64,000 nt of DNA from the NCBI GenBank assembly GCA_012965045.1, contig DTSZ01000001.1, positions 92,937-156,936 of the forward strand, read 5' to 3'. Below are positions 45,702 to 55,475 of this stretch, piece after piece; the stretch's first letter is position 1; every line of letters starts with the position of its first letter. A program made the position numbers and the translations under genes. The stretch is from Candidatus Saccharimonadota bacterium. GTDB taxonomy: Bacteria > Patescibacteriota > Saccharimonadia > Saccharimonadales > DTSZ01. The notes beneath the pieces were generated by a model. The model was not told where the DNA came from. It saw only the letters and a list, made by a program, of their open reading frames with translations, and did no database searches.

Positions 45702-47297
45702 CTATAGTTCCATCGCATCCGAATATTCAGGTAGCAGCTCCTTCTCATCTTCTACTTTTTTGATCACTAGTTTGGTTACATGCCAGTTCGGCAAATGCCC
45801 CAAATGTACCGTATTACAATGTAGTCCATCATAGTTAAATTGCTCTGTAATGAACGACGAAGAAAACTTACTCTCTTCTTCGGGATAGAAATATGCCACT
45901 GATTCTTCCATCTGGCTGTCGGTTTCGTTAAACAACGATCGAAATGGTTTTTCGGTAGAAAATTCAGTGGGCGCATATAGATCGTTATTGCTAAGAGAAA
46001 GGTCGGTGCGATCCATTTGAAATAGCGGCATATTTAAATATGCAGTAATTAATGCGTCTTCTAACAGCTCATTATCGCCTATGATGTGCTCTTTGATTTC
46101 TTTGAAACTGTGTCCTTTTTCATCGTAGCGCAAGTCTTGAACATTAAATTTTTTTAACCGAAACGAAATAGCCTTTTCTACACACAGCATTTCTAGTGCT
46201 CTTGTCGAAACATCTAGCTGCCTGGCTTGTTGGTCTAGGTAGGTAAGATAATCCTCTTCGTATTTTTTTAATTCTATCGTGTGTGTGGTATCAGGGTTTA
46301 AATACTTTTCAAGGTATGCGTTGTCTATATAGCGGTACTCTGTCTGCAACACTTTAATTGTTAAATCCAAGTCAAGTAAAAGAACCACGCCGATATCTGC
46401 ATAGCGCTCGAAGTACATCTTCATTTTGAAGATTTTTAGTATGTCCTTCGCTTCCAGTCGGTCAATATCATCAAAAACTACATAGAGCTTTTTTGGACTG
46501 CTAGTACTTGTTTTTTGTGCGGCATTAAATGCAACGGGATTAGAGTGTAGATTTTTTTTAAACAGTTCAATGCCATATTTGTGTTTAATAAAGCTATTCA
46601 AGTAGTCTTCTATATCATCGTGTTCATCTACGCCAGTCACGTCTTTCATTTCTTTAAATTCTTGGAGCAGCAGCCTTATATAGTCGTCAAAATCATTCAA
46701 AATCACAGGACAGATATACAGTAGTTTTGGTTTTTCTGTTAATTTTTCGAGTCCTTCGACTGTATATATAAGCTTTTCGAACTTATTTTTTTCTTCGTCT
46801 TTTGCCCACAGCAGGTTATTCACAATAGCCAATAGAGTAGTTTTGCCAGTGCGGTGCTTGCCATCTATCAAAATAGTCGACTTGGATTGCGGACTATCTG
46901 TATTTGTTAGCTCATCAAGTAGTGCCTTTAACGCTCGATAGTGCATGAAGCTATTACGGTATTTTTCTAGAAAGTTGCTTGCTTCCTTATCTCCAACTTC
47001 ATAAATAGAAAAAATATTGGTATTGGCTGTAGTGCTCCAATCATTTTTTTTAGCTCTCTTTCTTGCAGTATTATAGGAGGAATCTGATTTTGTAAAATAA
47101 AATAAAACAGCCGCGGATGAAATCACTACTAGCACGGTAGCTATGCAGTATGGCAAACTATTAAAATTTATAGCTGGAAAAAAGGAACTAATTACACTAA
47201 GTGATTGAAGTACCTTGGCCAACAGAAAAGTCGATACACCACTGATAATTGCAATGTAGAGGATGATGCGGCCAAGGAATTTTAATTTAAACTTCAT
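45702..47297 (-). CDS. KAP-family P-loop NTPase with N-terminal TM helices
   Basis: Walker A DGKHRTGKTTLL and the KAP-type Walker B LYVVFDDIDRL. Two N-terminal TM segments are present. Confidence 0.7.
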   Translation of the reverse strand: MKFKLKFLGRIILYIAIISGVSTFLLAKVLQSLSVISSFFPAINFNSLPYCIATVLVVISSAAVLFYFTKSDSSYNTARKRAKKNDWSTTANTNIFSIYEVGDKEASNFLEKYRNSFMHYRALKALLDELTNTDSPQSKSTILIDGKHRTGKTTLLAIVNNLLWAKDEEKNKFEKLIYTVEGLEKLTEKPKLLYICPVILNDFDDYIRLLLQEFKEMKDVTGVDEHDDIEDYLNSFIKHKYGIELFKKNLHSNPVAFNAAQKTSTSSPKKLYVVFDDIDRLEAKDILKIFKMKMYFERYADIGVVLLLDLDLTIKVLQTEYRYIDNAYLEKYLNPDTTHTIELKKYEEDYLTYLDQQARQLDVSTRALEMLCVEKAISFRLKKFNVQDLRYDEKGHSFKEIKEHIIGDNELLEDALITAYLNMPLFQMDRTDLSLSNNDLYAPTEFSTEKPFRSLFNETDSQMEESVAYFYPEEESKFSSSFITEQFNYDGLHCNTVHLGHLPNWHVTKLVIKKVEDEKELLPEYSDAMEL

Positions 47298-47407
47298 AAT
47301 TTAAGTATATAACAGAGAGGTTGCACCCAGATAAATTCCAATGATATCAATGGAGTAAAGCAGTCGATAAATTGACAAAATTATATAAATATACTAAAAT
47401 ATATTTC

Positions 47408-48061
47408 ATGAACATCCACGACGCTGAACTTACTATCATCGGAGGAATTAATACCCCTGCGCGATCGATGGAGCGGGTGCTGGATGAGCTTATTGATGCT
47501 GATTTAGCCACTGACGGACAGGCTTTTTCGTTTAGAGAAGCCATGAATAATCCTGATTTAATTAAACGGGCTGCTGCTGGCAACACTGTAGTCGCTCACT
47601 CTGCAGGTCTGCTTGCAGTAACGTCTGAAATGCGACCAGCGCATGTAGAGGCCATTGCTGGTCCAGAGCCACGGTCTTTTGGCCGGTTAATAGTTGGAGC
47701 TGTAAAACTTAGCCTTAATCATGCGCGTAATTCTGGGCTAAGCGAGCAGGGTCAGCGCCATTTACATCTTAATGCCGAAAAAGGCTTAGAGCTTGCGACT
47801 CACACTTACGGGAATTTACGACACATGAAGGCCATTGGTAGTTTTTCAACCTTCGAAATCCTACGAGAAATGGCAGAGGCTGGTCAATCTGTTGGTTCAG
47901 TGCTTATGGATGCGGATGAGTTTTTCCCGATTGCTACGATACAACCTCGCTATGAAGAGGCTGCATTTTCACGGACACCGGTACCGTATGCTATTGCCGA
48001 AGGTGGCCACGATCAGTTTTTGACCCACCCTATCGAAACATCCACAAACTCGTCACTATAA
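47408..48061 (+). CDS. alpha/beta-hydrolase-like protein (putative Ser-Asp-His triad)
   Basis: Nucleophile elbow VVAHSAGL, a later MDADEFF, and GGHDQF in the canonical S-D-H order. It is divergent from the KAP gene. The ORF opens at 47372. Confidence 0.4.
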   Translation: MNIHDAELTIIGGINTPARSMERVLDELIDADLATDGQAFSFREAMNNPDLIKRAAAGNTVVAHSAGLLAVTSEMRPAHVEAIAGPEPRSFGRLIVGAVKLSLNHARNSGLSEQGQRHLHLNAEKGLELATHTYGNLRHMKAIGSFSTFEILREMAEAGQSVGSVLMDADEFFPIATIQPRYEEAAFSRTPVPYAIAEGGHDQFLTHPIETSTNSSL

Positions 48062-48084
48062 ACCTTCTCTTGCGGAGGTATGGG

Positions 48085-49263
48085 CTATAGCGCCTTCCAC
48101 TCCTTCAACTCCTCTGGCAAAAAACCCTCTGGGTGCTTAAAGCCGGCTTCCCATTTTGTGCCTTTGCTATAGCCAAGGTCTTTCATGAGCTCTGTCGGAG
48201 CGTTACGAATATGGAGTGGTACTTGGGCGGTTGGATTGTCTTTGGCCGTTTGCAGAGCGTTTTTCATGGCTGTTGTGACATCACGCGACTTGTCGCAGCG
48301 CGCAAGTACTAAGGCGCAGTGGAACAGATTATACTGACACTCTGGCATGCCGATTCGCTCCACCGCCATAAACGTACTGACAGCTACATTAAGCACGCCA
48401 TTTACCGCCAAGCCGACGTCTTCGCTGGCGAATATAACCATTCTGCGGGCAATAAACTTAGGGTCCTCCCCTGCTTGTAGCATTCGCGCTAAATAAAAAC
48501 TGGCGGCATTTTCGTCGCTGCCACGCAATGATTTTATAAATGCGCTAATAGTGTTGTAGTGGTCCTCGCCCTTTTTGTCGTAGCCAGGTAATTTGTTTTG
48601 AGCTGCAGTTTGAATTGTATCGGGCGCTATAACGCCCTTTCCAGCTATTTGTAGGGCTAATTCGAGTGTATTTAGAGCTGTGCGGGCATCGCCGTGGGAG
48701 AGCCGTATTAAAGTAGTGACGCTTTTTGACGGTAGTTGTTTAACTGTTAGTTTAAGCTCTTTTTTTGCTCGTTGGATTATTTGTTTTAAAGATTGTTCTG
48801 ACAGCTGTTTGAGTACAACTACTTTACTGCGGGACAACAAGGCGTTTATTACTTCAAAGCTCGGGTTTTCGGTTGTGGCTCCGATTAAGGTGATAACACC
48901 ACTTTCCACATACGGTAAAAAGGCGTCTTGTTGGGCTTTATTGAATCGATGGATTTCGTCTACAAACAACACAGTACGGTTTTGCAGGCGGTTATTTTGT
49001 TTAGCGCGTTCGATTACCTTCATTACGTCTGCTTTGCCGCTCGCGACAGCACTGAGTTCTATAAAGTCAGCTTTGGTTTCGGTGGCTAAAATTCGTGCGA
49101 GAGTTGTCTTACCGGTACCTGGTGGCCCCCAAAAAATAAGGCTGGTGAGCTTTTTTGTTTTAGCCAATTCAAAAAGCAGCCCACCCTTTTTGGTTAGGTG
49201 TTCTTGCCCAATTACGTCAGCTAATTTTTGTGGACGCAGCTTGTCTGCAAGTGGTTGGATCAT
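48085..49263 (-). CDS. rarA: replication-associated recombination protein A (AAA+ ATPase RarA/MgsA)
   Basis: MIQPLADKLRP.. N-terminus, Walker A GPPGTGKTT, Walker B FVDEIHRFNK, and a MgsA C-terminal helical domain. ATG 49263 was preferred, with TATAAT ending 10 nt upstream. Confidence 0.9.
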   Translation of the reverse strand: MIQPLADKLRPQKLADVIGQEHLTKKGGLLFELAKTKKLTSLIFWGPPGTGKTTLARILATETKADFIELSAVASGKADVMKVIERAKQNNRLQNRTVLFVDEIHRFNKAQQDAFLPYVESGVITLIGATTENPSFEVINALLSRSKVVVLKQLSEQSLKQIIQRAKKELKLTVKQLPSKSVTTLIRLSHGDARTALNTLELALQIAGKGVIAPDTIQTAAQNKLPGYDKKGEDHYNTISAFIKSLRGSDENAASFYLARMLQAGEDPKFIARRMVIFASEDVGLAVNGVLNVAVSTFMAVERIGMPECQYNLFHCALVLARCDKSRDVTTAMKNALQTAKDNPTAQVPLHIRNAPTELMKDLGYSKGTKWEAGFKHPEGFLPEELKEWKAL

Positions 49264-49479
49264 CTTAAGTTTAATTATACTATCTGCTGCTTTCATAGCG
49301 TTGTTAACTTCTCATATAGGTGGGTTTATCGTTAATATTCTAGATGCTTTAATTTAAGAAGGATATTTTGATGAAGCGCGTATTGACACGTTCAACGTAA
49401 CAGTCTTAAGCATCTTTCTAAGTTTTCTCTAAGCTGTCCAGATGCACGAGGGGCGGTGATTGATTTAATAAGTAATAGC

Positions 49480-50280
49480 CTAGCCTCCACAAACGCTGTT
49501 TTCCAGTTCAATGAAATTGATGCGAGCAGACTCAATCTGCTCTGCAGTAGGCTCGGTGTCTTGTATGAATATAACCACATCTCCGATAAGGTTTTGTATG
49601 CGTTTTAGGTCAGACTCATCTGGTAGGTCTTCTTGTGCGTGAGCCACAGGAAAAAATCTGTTCAGGAAGCTAGTTTCCGGAGGATTAAAGCTACTTTGGT
49701 CCCCGAAAAAGGTCTCTAAGTCATCATTTAAGAAAGCATCTATGTCCCTGAGTTCTAATCCTGAATCAGTAGCAGCGTAGACCCACATCGAGTCTTTTAA
49801 TGTGTTGTCGAGTAAATCCCCATGAGCGGGTACTTTCTCCCAATCCGTTAGTGAATTTTGCTTGTACCCAAGCGTGCCATCGACACCACCAACGCTATTT
49901 CCATAGTAGCCAAGTAGTTGTGCGCCCGTTACGTCTTTCCAGTGAAGATGCACAAATTGGTCTAAATTATCATGAAAATGGATAGGTTGCTTTGGGAATT
50001 CAGCGCTACATACTCCCTTCTTGTATTCTTGCTGAAACTTATCATCACTAAAGTCGATTGCTGTACCATCAACGACATACTGCATTCGTAAGTGTGCGTG
50101 TTCTAGTTTTGGGCTTCTGAAATTTACGGGTGAGTTGAAAAACAAAAAACCGTACACGCCGCCAACGATTAGAAACGCAGCAAATAACCCAATAACCAGC
50201 GCTTTAACTTTTGAATTTTTGTTAGAACTTGTCTCTTTATTAGCCTCTTCGGTGTTTAGTTTTTGTGAATTGTCTTCCAT
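49480..50280 (-). CDS. hypothetical membrane-anchored protein with His-rich motifs
   Basis: 266 aa with a single N-terminal TM and His clusters (LEHAHLRM, IHFHDNLDQFVHLHW). It ends in CGG and overlaps the upstream BNR gene by 25 nt. Confidence 0.4.
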   Translation of the reverse strand: MEDNSQKLNTEEANKETSSNKNSKVKALVIGLFAAFLIVGGVYGFLFFNSPVNFRSPKLEHAHLRMQYVVDGTAIDFSDDKFQQEYKKGVCSAEFPKQPIHFHDNLDQFVHLHWKDVTGAQLLGYYGNSVGGVDGTLGYKQNSLTDWEKVPAHGDLLDNTLKDSMWVYAATDSGLELRDIDAFLNDDLETFFGDQSSFNPPETSFLNRFFPVAHAQEDLPDESDLKRIQNLIGDVVIFIQDTEPTAEQIESARINFIELENSVCGG

Positions 50281-51149
50281 GTGGCTCCTTCGTTAGTTGT
50301 ACTATGTATTGATAGATCCTGCAGCAATGCAAACACTGTGTTTGATTCGTCACCAGCGAAGTCAATGTAAAGAACAGGCACACTGCTTTCGCTCGGTGAC
50401 GTCATTTGGTTCCAGCTCTCTCCATCATCAATACTCCTCAGCAGGCCAGATTCAGCAAATGATGCTATACGCTCGCTTGGGTTGTTGGGATTGATTGCAA
50501 ATGCAATAACAGCTGATTCTCCGTAGTATTTTTCCCAACTATCACCTGCATCGGTACTAACAAAAATACCCGTTGATGTAGATGCATACACCGTATCTTG
50601 ATCTTCTACGTCAGCAGTTAGAGAAATAATATTTGTATTGGCTGGTCCATTAGTAATTTCCCATGTTACACCGCCGTCAATACTGCGCTGAAAGGTTCCA
50701 GTATATGAACCATAGAGATACAGCGGATTAGCGTCGCTAATTGTCATTGCATGAAAATCAACTGGCCCTTGAGCTCCATCTGAAATTTTTTCAAATGTTT
50801 GTCCGCCGTCGGTAGATTTTAAGACACCAAGATTACCACCAGTCTTGGGGTGCCCACTTGCGTACATTACCTTAGGATCTGCAGGATGAGCCGCAAACCC
50901 CATAAAATCATGTTGGGCCTCACTTATTCTTTCTAGCGTCGCTTCATCAAGAAGTCTATAGAGGCCATTGTGATTTGCTATATAGAGGCTTTCTTTGTCG
51001 CTGAGATCAACCGAAAAGCCGTGTGCGTCAGCAAGTGTGTCTACTGCAACTGGGCTGAATGCTTCTGGCTCTGTGTCGCCAGACATAATTAAAACTAAAC
51101 CTCCGAGCATTAAGAACACTACTAGCAGTACTGTATTCTTCATATTCAT
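50256..51149 (-). CDS. secreted BNR/Asp-box repeat beta-propeller protein
   Basis: N-terminal signal/anchor. Five Asp-box-like repeats are present (STDGGQTF, SIDGGVTW, STDAGDSW, SIDDGESW, TTNEGATW). Confidence 0.65.
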   Translation of the reverse strand: MNMKNTVLLVVFLMLGGLVLIMSGDTEPEAFSPVAVDTLADAHGFSVDLSDKESLYIANHNGLYRLLDEATLERISEAQHDFMGFAAHPADPKVMYASGHPKTGGNLGVLKSTDGGQTFEKISDGAQGPVDFHAMTISDANPLYLYGSYTGTFQRSIDGGVTWEITNGPANTNIISLTADVEDQDTVYASTSTGIFVSTDAGDSWEKYYGESAVIAFAINPNNPSERIASFAESGLLRSIDDGESWNQMTSPSESSVPVLYIDFAGDESNTVFALLQDLSIHSTTNEGATWKTIHKN

Positions 51150-51152
51150 CCT

Positions 51153-53240
51153 TTATATATTAATTCTGCGAAGCAATTGTGCGTTAAGCGCCACGATAAC
51201 TGTAGATCCAGACATCAGTGCCGCGCCCACCGCAGGTGATAAAACAAACCCGGTAAATGCCAGTGCACCTCCGGCAAGTGGAACGGCTGCCAAGTTATAG
51301 AATGTTGCCCAGATAAGATTCTGTACCATTTTGCTATAAGTTGCTTTACTCAGTTTAATTACCGATGTGACAGCCCGTGGATCATTTCTGGCCAAGACTA
51401 CCCCTGCTGATTCGATAGCAACATCAGTGCCCGCACCGATTGCTATACCAACATCAGCTTGGGTGAGCGCTGGTGCATCGTTCACACCATCGCCGACCAT
51501 TGCAACTCGTTTTCCACCAGATTGGATGTGTTTAATGATGTCGGCTTTATCGCCCGGGAGCACCTCGGCATGCACCGTATCGATACCAACACTTTTTGCA
51601 ACCCAATCGGCTACAGCTTGGCTGTCCCCAGTAAGCATTCCGACTTTAATTCCTTGGCTATGCAAATAACGAATAGCCTCTTTAGATTCCTCACGAATGA
51701 CATCAGCAATAAGAAATACTGCAAGAACCTTCGTGTCCTCTACAAGATAAACTGCACTTTGAGCGTTTTTTGCAGCTTTATTAGATGCTTCTTTAAATGT
51801 TCCAGACAGCTTTACTCCACGTTCCTTCAGAAGTTGAGGTCCACCGATATAGTATTTCTTGGAATCGACTTTGGCACTTACACCTTTGCCAGATATTGAG
51901 GTAAAGTCGGTGGCTTTCTTGGGTCGAATCTTTTCTTCGTCTGCGTAGTCAGTAATTGCTTTGGCGAGTGGATGCTCGGAGTCTGCTTCAATTCCAGCTG
52001 CTACGGAAACAGCATGTTTTTTGTCCTCGGCAACAACTTCGACTACTCCGTGCTCTGCTTTTGTAAGTGTGCCGGTTTTATCAAACACGACAACATCTAT
52101 CTTTCGTGCCTGCTCAAGAGCGAGCCGATCCCGGACTAATATTCCAGAGTTTGCAGCTTTTGTTGTCGATATCGCAGTTACTAAAGGTATAGCGAGCCCG
52201 AGTGCATGAGGGCATGCGATAATCAGCACTGCAACAACTCGCTCGATAGTATAGTCTAATCCGCTCGTCCCCAGGATCGCCCAAGAAACTGCAGTTATCA
52301 AAGCTGCTATAAGTGCGTAGTAGAACAAATACTTAGCGGCAGAATCAGCAAGTAGCTGTGTTTTAGATTTTGAATTCTGAGCGTCTGCTACGAGCTTCAT
52401 TATCCCAGACAAAACAGTGTCATCACCGAGCTCTGTAACCTGTACTGTGAGTGAGCCTTCAGAATTGATTGCACCTGCGACGACTTTATCGCCAACATCT
52501 TTTTCTACCAGCTTAGATTCGCCGGTGATGAATGATTCATCTATGCCAGATTTACCTTTTATAATTTCACCATCAACAGGGATACTTGCACCCGGACGCA
52601 CCAGCACTTTGTCGCCAACTTTTAACTCTGCAACAGATACAGTCTTGGTACCGTCTTTAGTAGCGCGCTCTGCAGTGTCTGGGAGTAGTTTTGCAAGTTC
52701 GCCTAGAGCTCCTTGCGCGCTATCAATAGATGCCATTTCAAGCCAGTGTCCTAGAAGCATGATAGTGATAAGCGTAGCGAGCTCCCACCAGAAATCCATG
52801 CCATCAACAAGCCCAAATGTAACAGCTGCGCTATAAAGGAAAGAAACAGAAATTGCCATGCTGATTAACGTCATCATGCCGGGTGTTCTAATGCCAATTT
52901 CGGCACGTGCACTTTTTAGGAATACTAAGCCTCCATAGATTAAGATAACCAATGAAAGCAACGCAGGAATATAGGTAGAACCACTAAATTCTACTGATTT
53001 AAATGATAAGAACGTTTGAATTGAAGGAGAAAAATACAGCACAGGTATCGTTAAGAAAAGTGACACCCAAAATTTTCGCTTAAATATGTTTGGGCTATGT
53101 CCAGCATGTTTATCGTGATTTTGTGTATGTGATACGTAGCCTTTATTTTGTTTTTCCAGCGCCATCTGGCATTTTGGGCAAGTACCTTTTTTATCCTGGG
53201 TTATTTCTGGATGCATCGGACAGGTGTAGTAATGGTCCAT
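51153..53240 (-). CDS. heavy-metal-translocating P1B-type ATPase, CPH (CopB-like) subtype
   Basis: The N-terminus has CPMHPE...CPKCQM and a His-rich stretch. TM motif CPH (IIACPHALGL), phosphorylation site DKTGTLT, TGD and GDGVNDAP are all present. Confidence 0.9.
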   Translation of the reverse strand: MDHYYTCPMHPEITQDKKGTCPKCQMALEKQNKGYVSHTQNHDKHAGHSPNIFKRKFWVSLFLTIPVLYFSPSIQTFLSFKSVEFSGSTYIPALLSLVILIYGGLVFLKSARAEIGIRTPGMMTLISMAISVSFLYSAAVTFGLVDGMDFWWELATLITIMLLGHWLEMASIDSAQGALGELAKLLPDTAERATKDGTKTVSVAELKVGDKVLVRPGASIPVDGEIIKGKSGIDESFITGESKLVEKDVGDKVVAGAINSEGSLTVQVTELGDDTVLSGIMKLVADAQNSKSKTQLLADSAAKYLFYYALIAALITAVSWAILGTSGLDYTIERVVAVLIIACPHALGLAIPLVTAISTTKAANSGILVRDRLALEQARKIDVVVFDKTGTLTKAEHGVVEVVAEDKKHAVSVAAGIEADSEHPLAKAITDYADEEKIRPKKATDFTSISGKGVSAKVDSKKYYIGGPQLLKERGVKLSGTFKEASNKAAKNAQSAVYLVEDTKVLAVFLIADVIREESKEAIRYLHSQGIKVGMLTGDSQAVADWVAKSVGIDTVHAEVLPGDKADIIKHIQSGGKRVAMVGDGVNDAPALTQADVGIAIGAGTDVAIESAGVVLARNDPRAVTSVIKLSKATYSKMVQNLIWATFYNLAAVPLAGGALAFTGFVLSPAVGAALMSGSTVIVALNAQLLRRINI

Positions 53241-53252
53241 GTTGTTTCCTTT

Positions 53253-53582
53253 TTATTGGTTACACTTGCATTTATCGTCACAAGAGACACACGACTCACA
53301 CGAGCAATAGTTTTCGATGTGCGAGTCTATCAATTTCAAAAGCGGCGCAATCGTATCCTGATTTAGAGCGTATATGCGTTCTTTGCCTTGTTGAGTGACA
53401 CTCACGAAGTGGCATGACAAAAGTCTATGCATGTGGCGGGATACGAGTGATTGTTCAAGCGAGGTGTTTTCTGCAATATCATTCACTGAACTATGTTCAC
53501 ATTGCAGTAAATACTGAACAATACTTAGGCGGTTTTCATTGGCAAGCGTTCCAAAAAATCTCTCATATGACGTATCTAACAT
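53253..53582 (-). CDS. ArsR/SmtB-family metalloregulator with C-terminal Cys-rich tail
   Basis: wHTH (LANENRLSIVQYLL...VNDIAENTSLEQSLVSRHMHRL) and the tail CSCESCVSCDDKCKCNQ. Confidence 0.8.
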   Translation of the reverse strand: MLDTSYERFFGTLANENRLSIVQYLLQCEHSSVNDIAENTSLEQSLVSRHMHRLLSCHFVSVTQQGKERIYALNQDTIAPLLKLIDSHIENYCSCESCVSCDDKCKCNQ

Positions 53583-53626
53583 ATGTGTATGGTATCATAG
53601 GATATCAATTAAACAAGCAAGTTTTC

Positions 53627-54181
53627 ATGAAAACAATCCAATTTATTGCAAAAGAAATTGCAGACAGACCCTATGGTTTTTTGGGAATCTGGATAGGAAC
53701 CCTATGGATCTTTCAGTATGCAACTAGTTTTAGTTTGTTTTCCCATATACTTACAAACAATGCGCTTAATATTTTTGAAAAATTGAGCTTTTTTTTAGAC
53801 TCAATAACTAATTTATTCAGGTATAGTAGCGACCCGCGCGCTGCATCTATTATTGTCTTTAGTTTTATCGCTGCAATTAATTTTTTTCTTATGGTTCGAG
53901 CCTATCGAAACAAACAAGCCATTAAAAATAAACGCGCAGGGACCGCCAGTACTCTCGGCGCCCTCATCGGGACCCACTGTGTAGCATGTGGAGGCTCATT
54001 GCTTGCCCCTCTGGTTACAACAATAGCCGGCAGTGGAGCTTATTTCAGTTCATCGCGAATCCAAACAGGCATATTTATAAGTGTATTTATTAATGCAATC
54101 GCTATCGTATTTATAACAAAAGCCACTATTAAGATGGCAAAAAAACACATGATAATGAACGAAATTGCACAGCAAGTATGA
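53627..54181 (+). CDS. hypothetical 4-TM membrane protein with intramembrane CxxC
   Basis: ATG 53627 was preferred because the ORF-track start at 53414 runs antisense through arsR. It has the motif GTHCVACGGSLLAPL and is divergent from arsR across a 44-bp spacer. Confidence 0.5.
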   Translation: MKTIQFIAKEIADRPYGFLGIWIGTLWIFQYATSFSLFSHILTNNALNIFEKLSFFLDSITNLFRYSSDPRAASIIVFSFIAAINFFLMVRAYRNKQAIKNKRAGTASTLGALIGTHCVACGGSLLAPLVTTIAGSGAYFSSSRIQTGIFISVFINAIAIVFITKATIKMAKKHMIMNEIAQQV

Positions 54182-54654
54182 GATATAAAAGTTATCACTC
54201 GCAAACTCCAAAAATTGTTTTAGCAGCTTCGATAGTTTCAATTGGCTTAGCAAACTTATACGTATATACAGAGATGGACTTTGAAAGCAACGAAGTTAGC
54301 GTGACTGTTAAAGAAAAAGAGACAATATCCACAAAATTAATCGAGACTTCAGAAGCAGCAGTGCTTGACGAAGAAAAGCCACAAGAAGTTACATTTAGCG
54401 TTGAGTACACAGTTCCCGGTAATAAGCGCAATGCGCTTGATGTAAAATTAATACTAGATAATAAAATTATTATTTCTGTTGAAACTGTCCATAGATCGAT
54501 AGATGCAGCTTCAGCAGGCCACATCAGAATTTTTGATAAGGGTGTTCAAGAGCAAGCGACAGGAAAGGCTACTGGAGAAATTGAGGATATTCTGATATCT
54601 AAAGCTAGCTTAACCACGAAAGCGTTTAAGGCTGGTCTTCGTGACGCCATATAG
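54178..54654 (+). CDS. hypothetical membrane-anchored protein; possible divergent FMN-binding-domain-like ApbE substrate
   Basis: 158 aa with an N-terminal TM. Two imperfect matches to the D..SGAT flavinylation context are present (SIDAASAGH; DILISKASLTTKAF). It lies immediately upstream of apbE. Confidence 0.3.
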   Translation: MRYKSYHSQTPKIVLAASIVSIGLANLYVYTEMDFESNEVSVTVKEKETISTKLIETSEAAVLDEEKPQEVTFSVEYTVPGNKRNALDVKLILDNKIIISVETVHRSIDAASAGHIRIFDKGVQEQATGKATGEIEDILISKASLTTKAFKAGLRDAI

Positions 54655-54668
54655 TTGATTGAGTATGT

Positions 54669-55475
54669 ATGCTTACGTTTGAGGCACTCGGCACCGGCTG
54701 GAAAATTAAAGCAAATGATTTTGACGTTGTTGCCGAAAAGAACAAAATCCTCTCCGTCGTTACGGAGTTCGAAAACAATTACAGTCGCTTTAAAAAAACT
54801 TCTTATGTTGGAAGGTTGAATACTGGATCATCAATCAACCAGCCCCCAAGTGAACTCTACGAAATGCTGGAATTTGCTTACCGGGCTTACCAGAACACAC
54901 AGGGAATGTTTAATATTTTTATCGGCGCTACGCTCGAAAACAGTGGCTATGGACTCAAAAACAACAATAAGTTCAGTAATGCATTCAGTGGAGCTATTTC
55001 GTTCTCTGAACAAGAGATAAAACTTACTGGTGAGCATAGTATTGATCTCGGCGGTTTTGGTAAGGGGTGGCTTATAGATAAATTAGCTTTAATTCTGCAA
55101 GATAAATCTGATAACTTTGTGATCAATGGCGGCGGAGATATGTATGTTAAGGGTAAAAAAATAGTACAAATTGAAAGTACTGGACATAAGGTGGGGGTAG
55201 AAGACCAAGCCGTTGCATCTAGTAGTGCTGCGGCTCGGGCATGGAGGTTTGGAGGCGTACAACACACTCACATTCCCAGTGCTCAATCCGAGCACCAAGC
55301 AAGTGTTATTGCAGGTGATGCGAAGACCGCAGATATGCTAGCAACAGTTAGTTTGCTAAGTAATAATGCACAACTAAAATCACTCGAGAAATCATATAAA
55401 GCGAAAATCATGCTTGTGCAAGGCAGTGATATTATCTACTGTTCAAAAGCTGAATTCTTCAATATGAATATTTGA
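54669..55475 (+). CDS. apbE: FAD:protein FMN transferase (ApbE family)
   Basis: FEALGTGWKI start, DLGGFGKGWLID, and INGGGDMYV. These are the characteristic ApbE motifs. Confidence 0.7.
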   Translation: MLTFEALGTGWKIKANDFDVVAEKNKILSVVTEFENNYSRFKKTSYVGRLNTGSSINQPPSELYEMLEFAYRAYQNTQGMFNIFIGATLENSGYGLKNNNKFSNAFSGAISFSEQEIKLTGEHSIDLGGFGKGWLIDKLALILQDKSDNFVINGGGDMYVKGKKIVQIESTGHKVGVEDQAVASSSAAARAWRFGGVQHTHIPSAQSEHQASVIAGDAKTADMLATVSLLSNNAQLKSLEKSYKAKIMLVQGSDIIYCSKAEFFNMNI

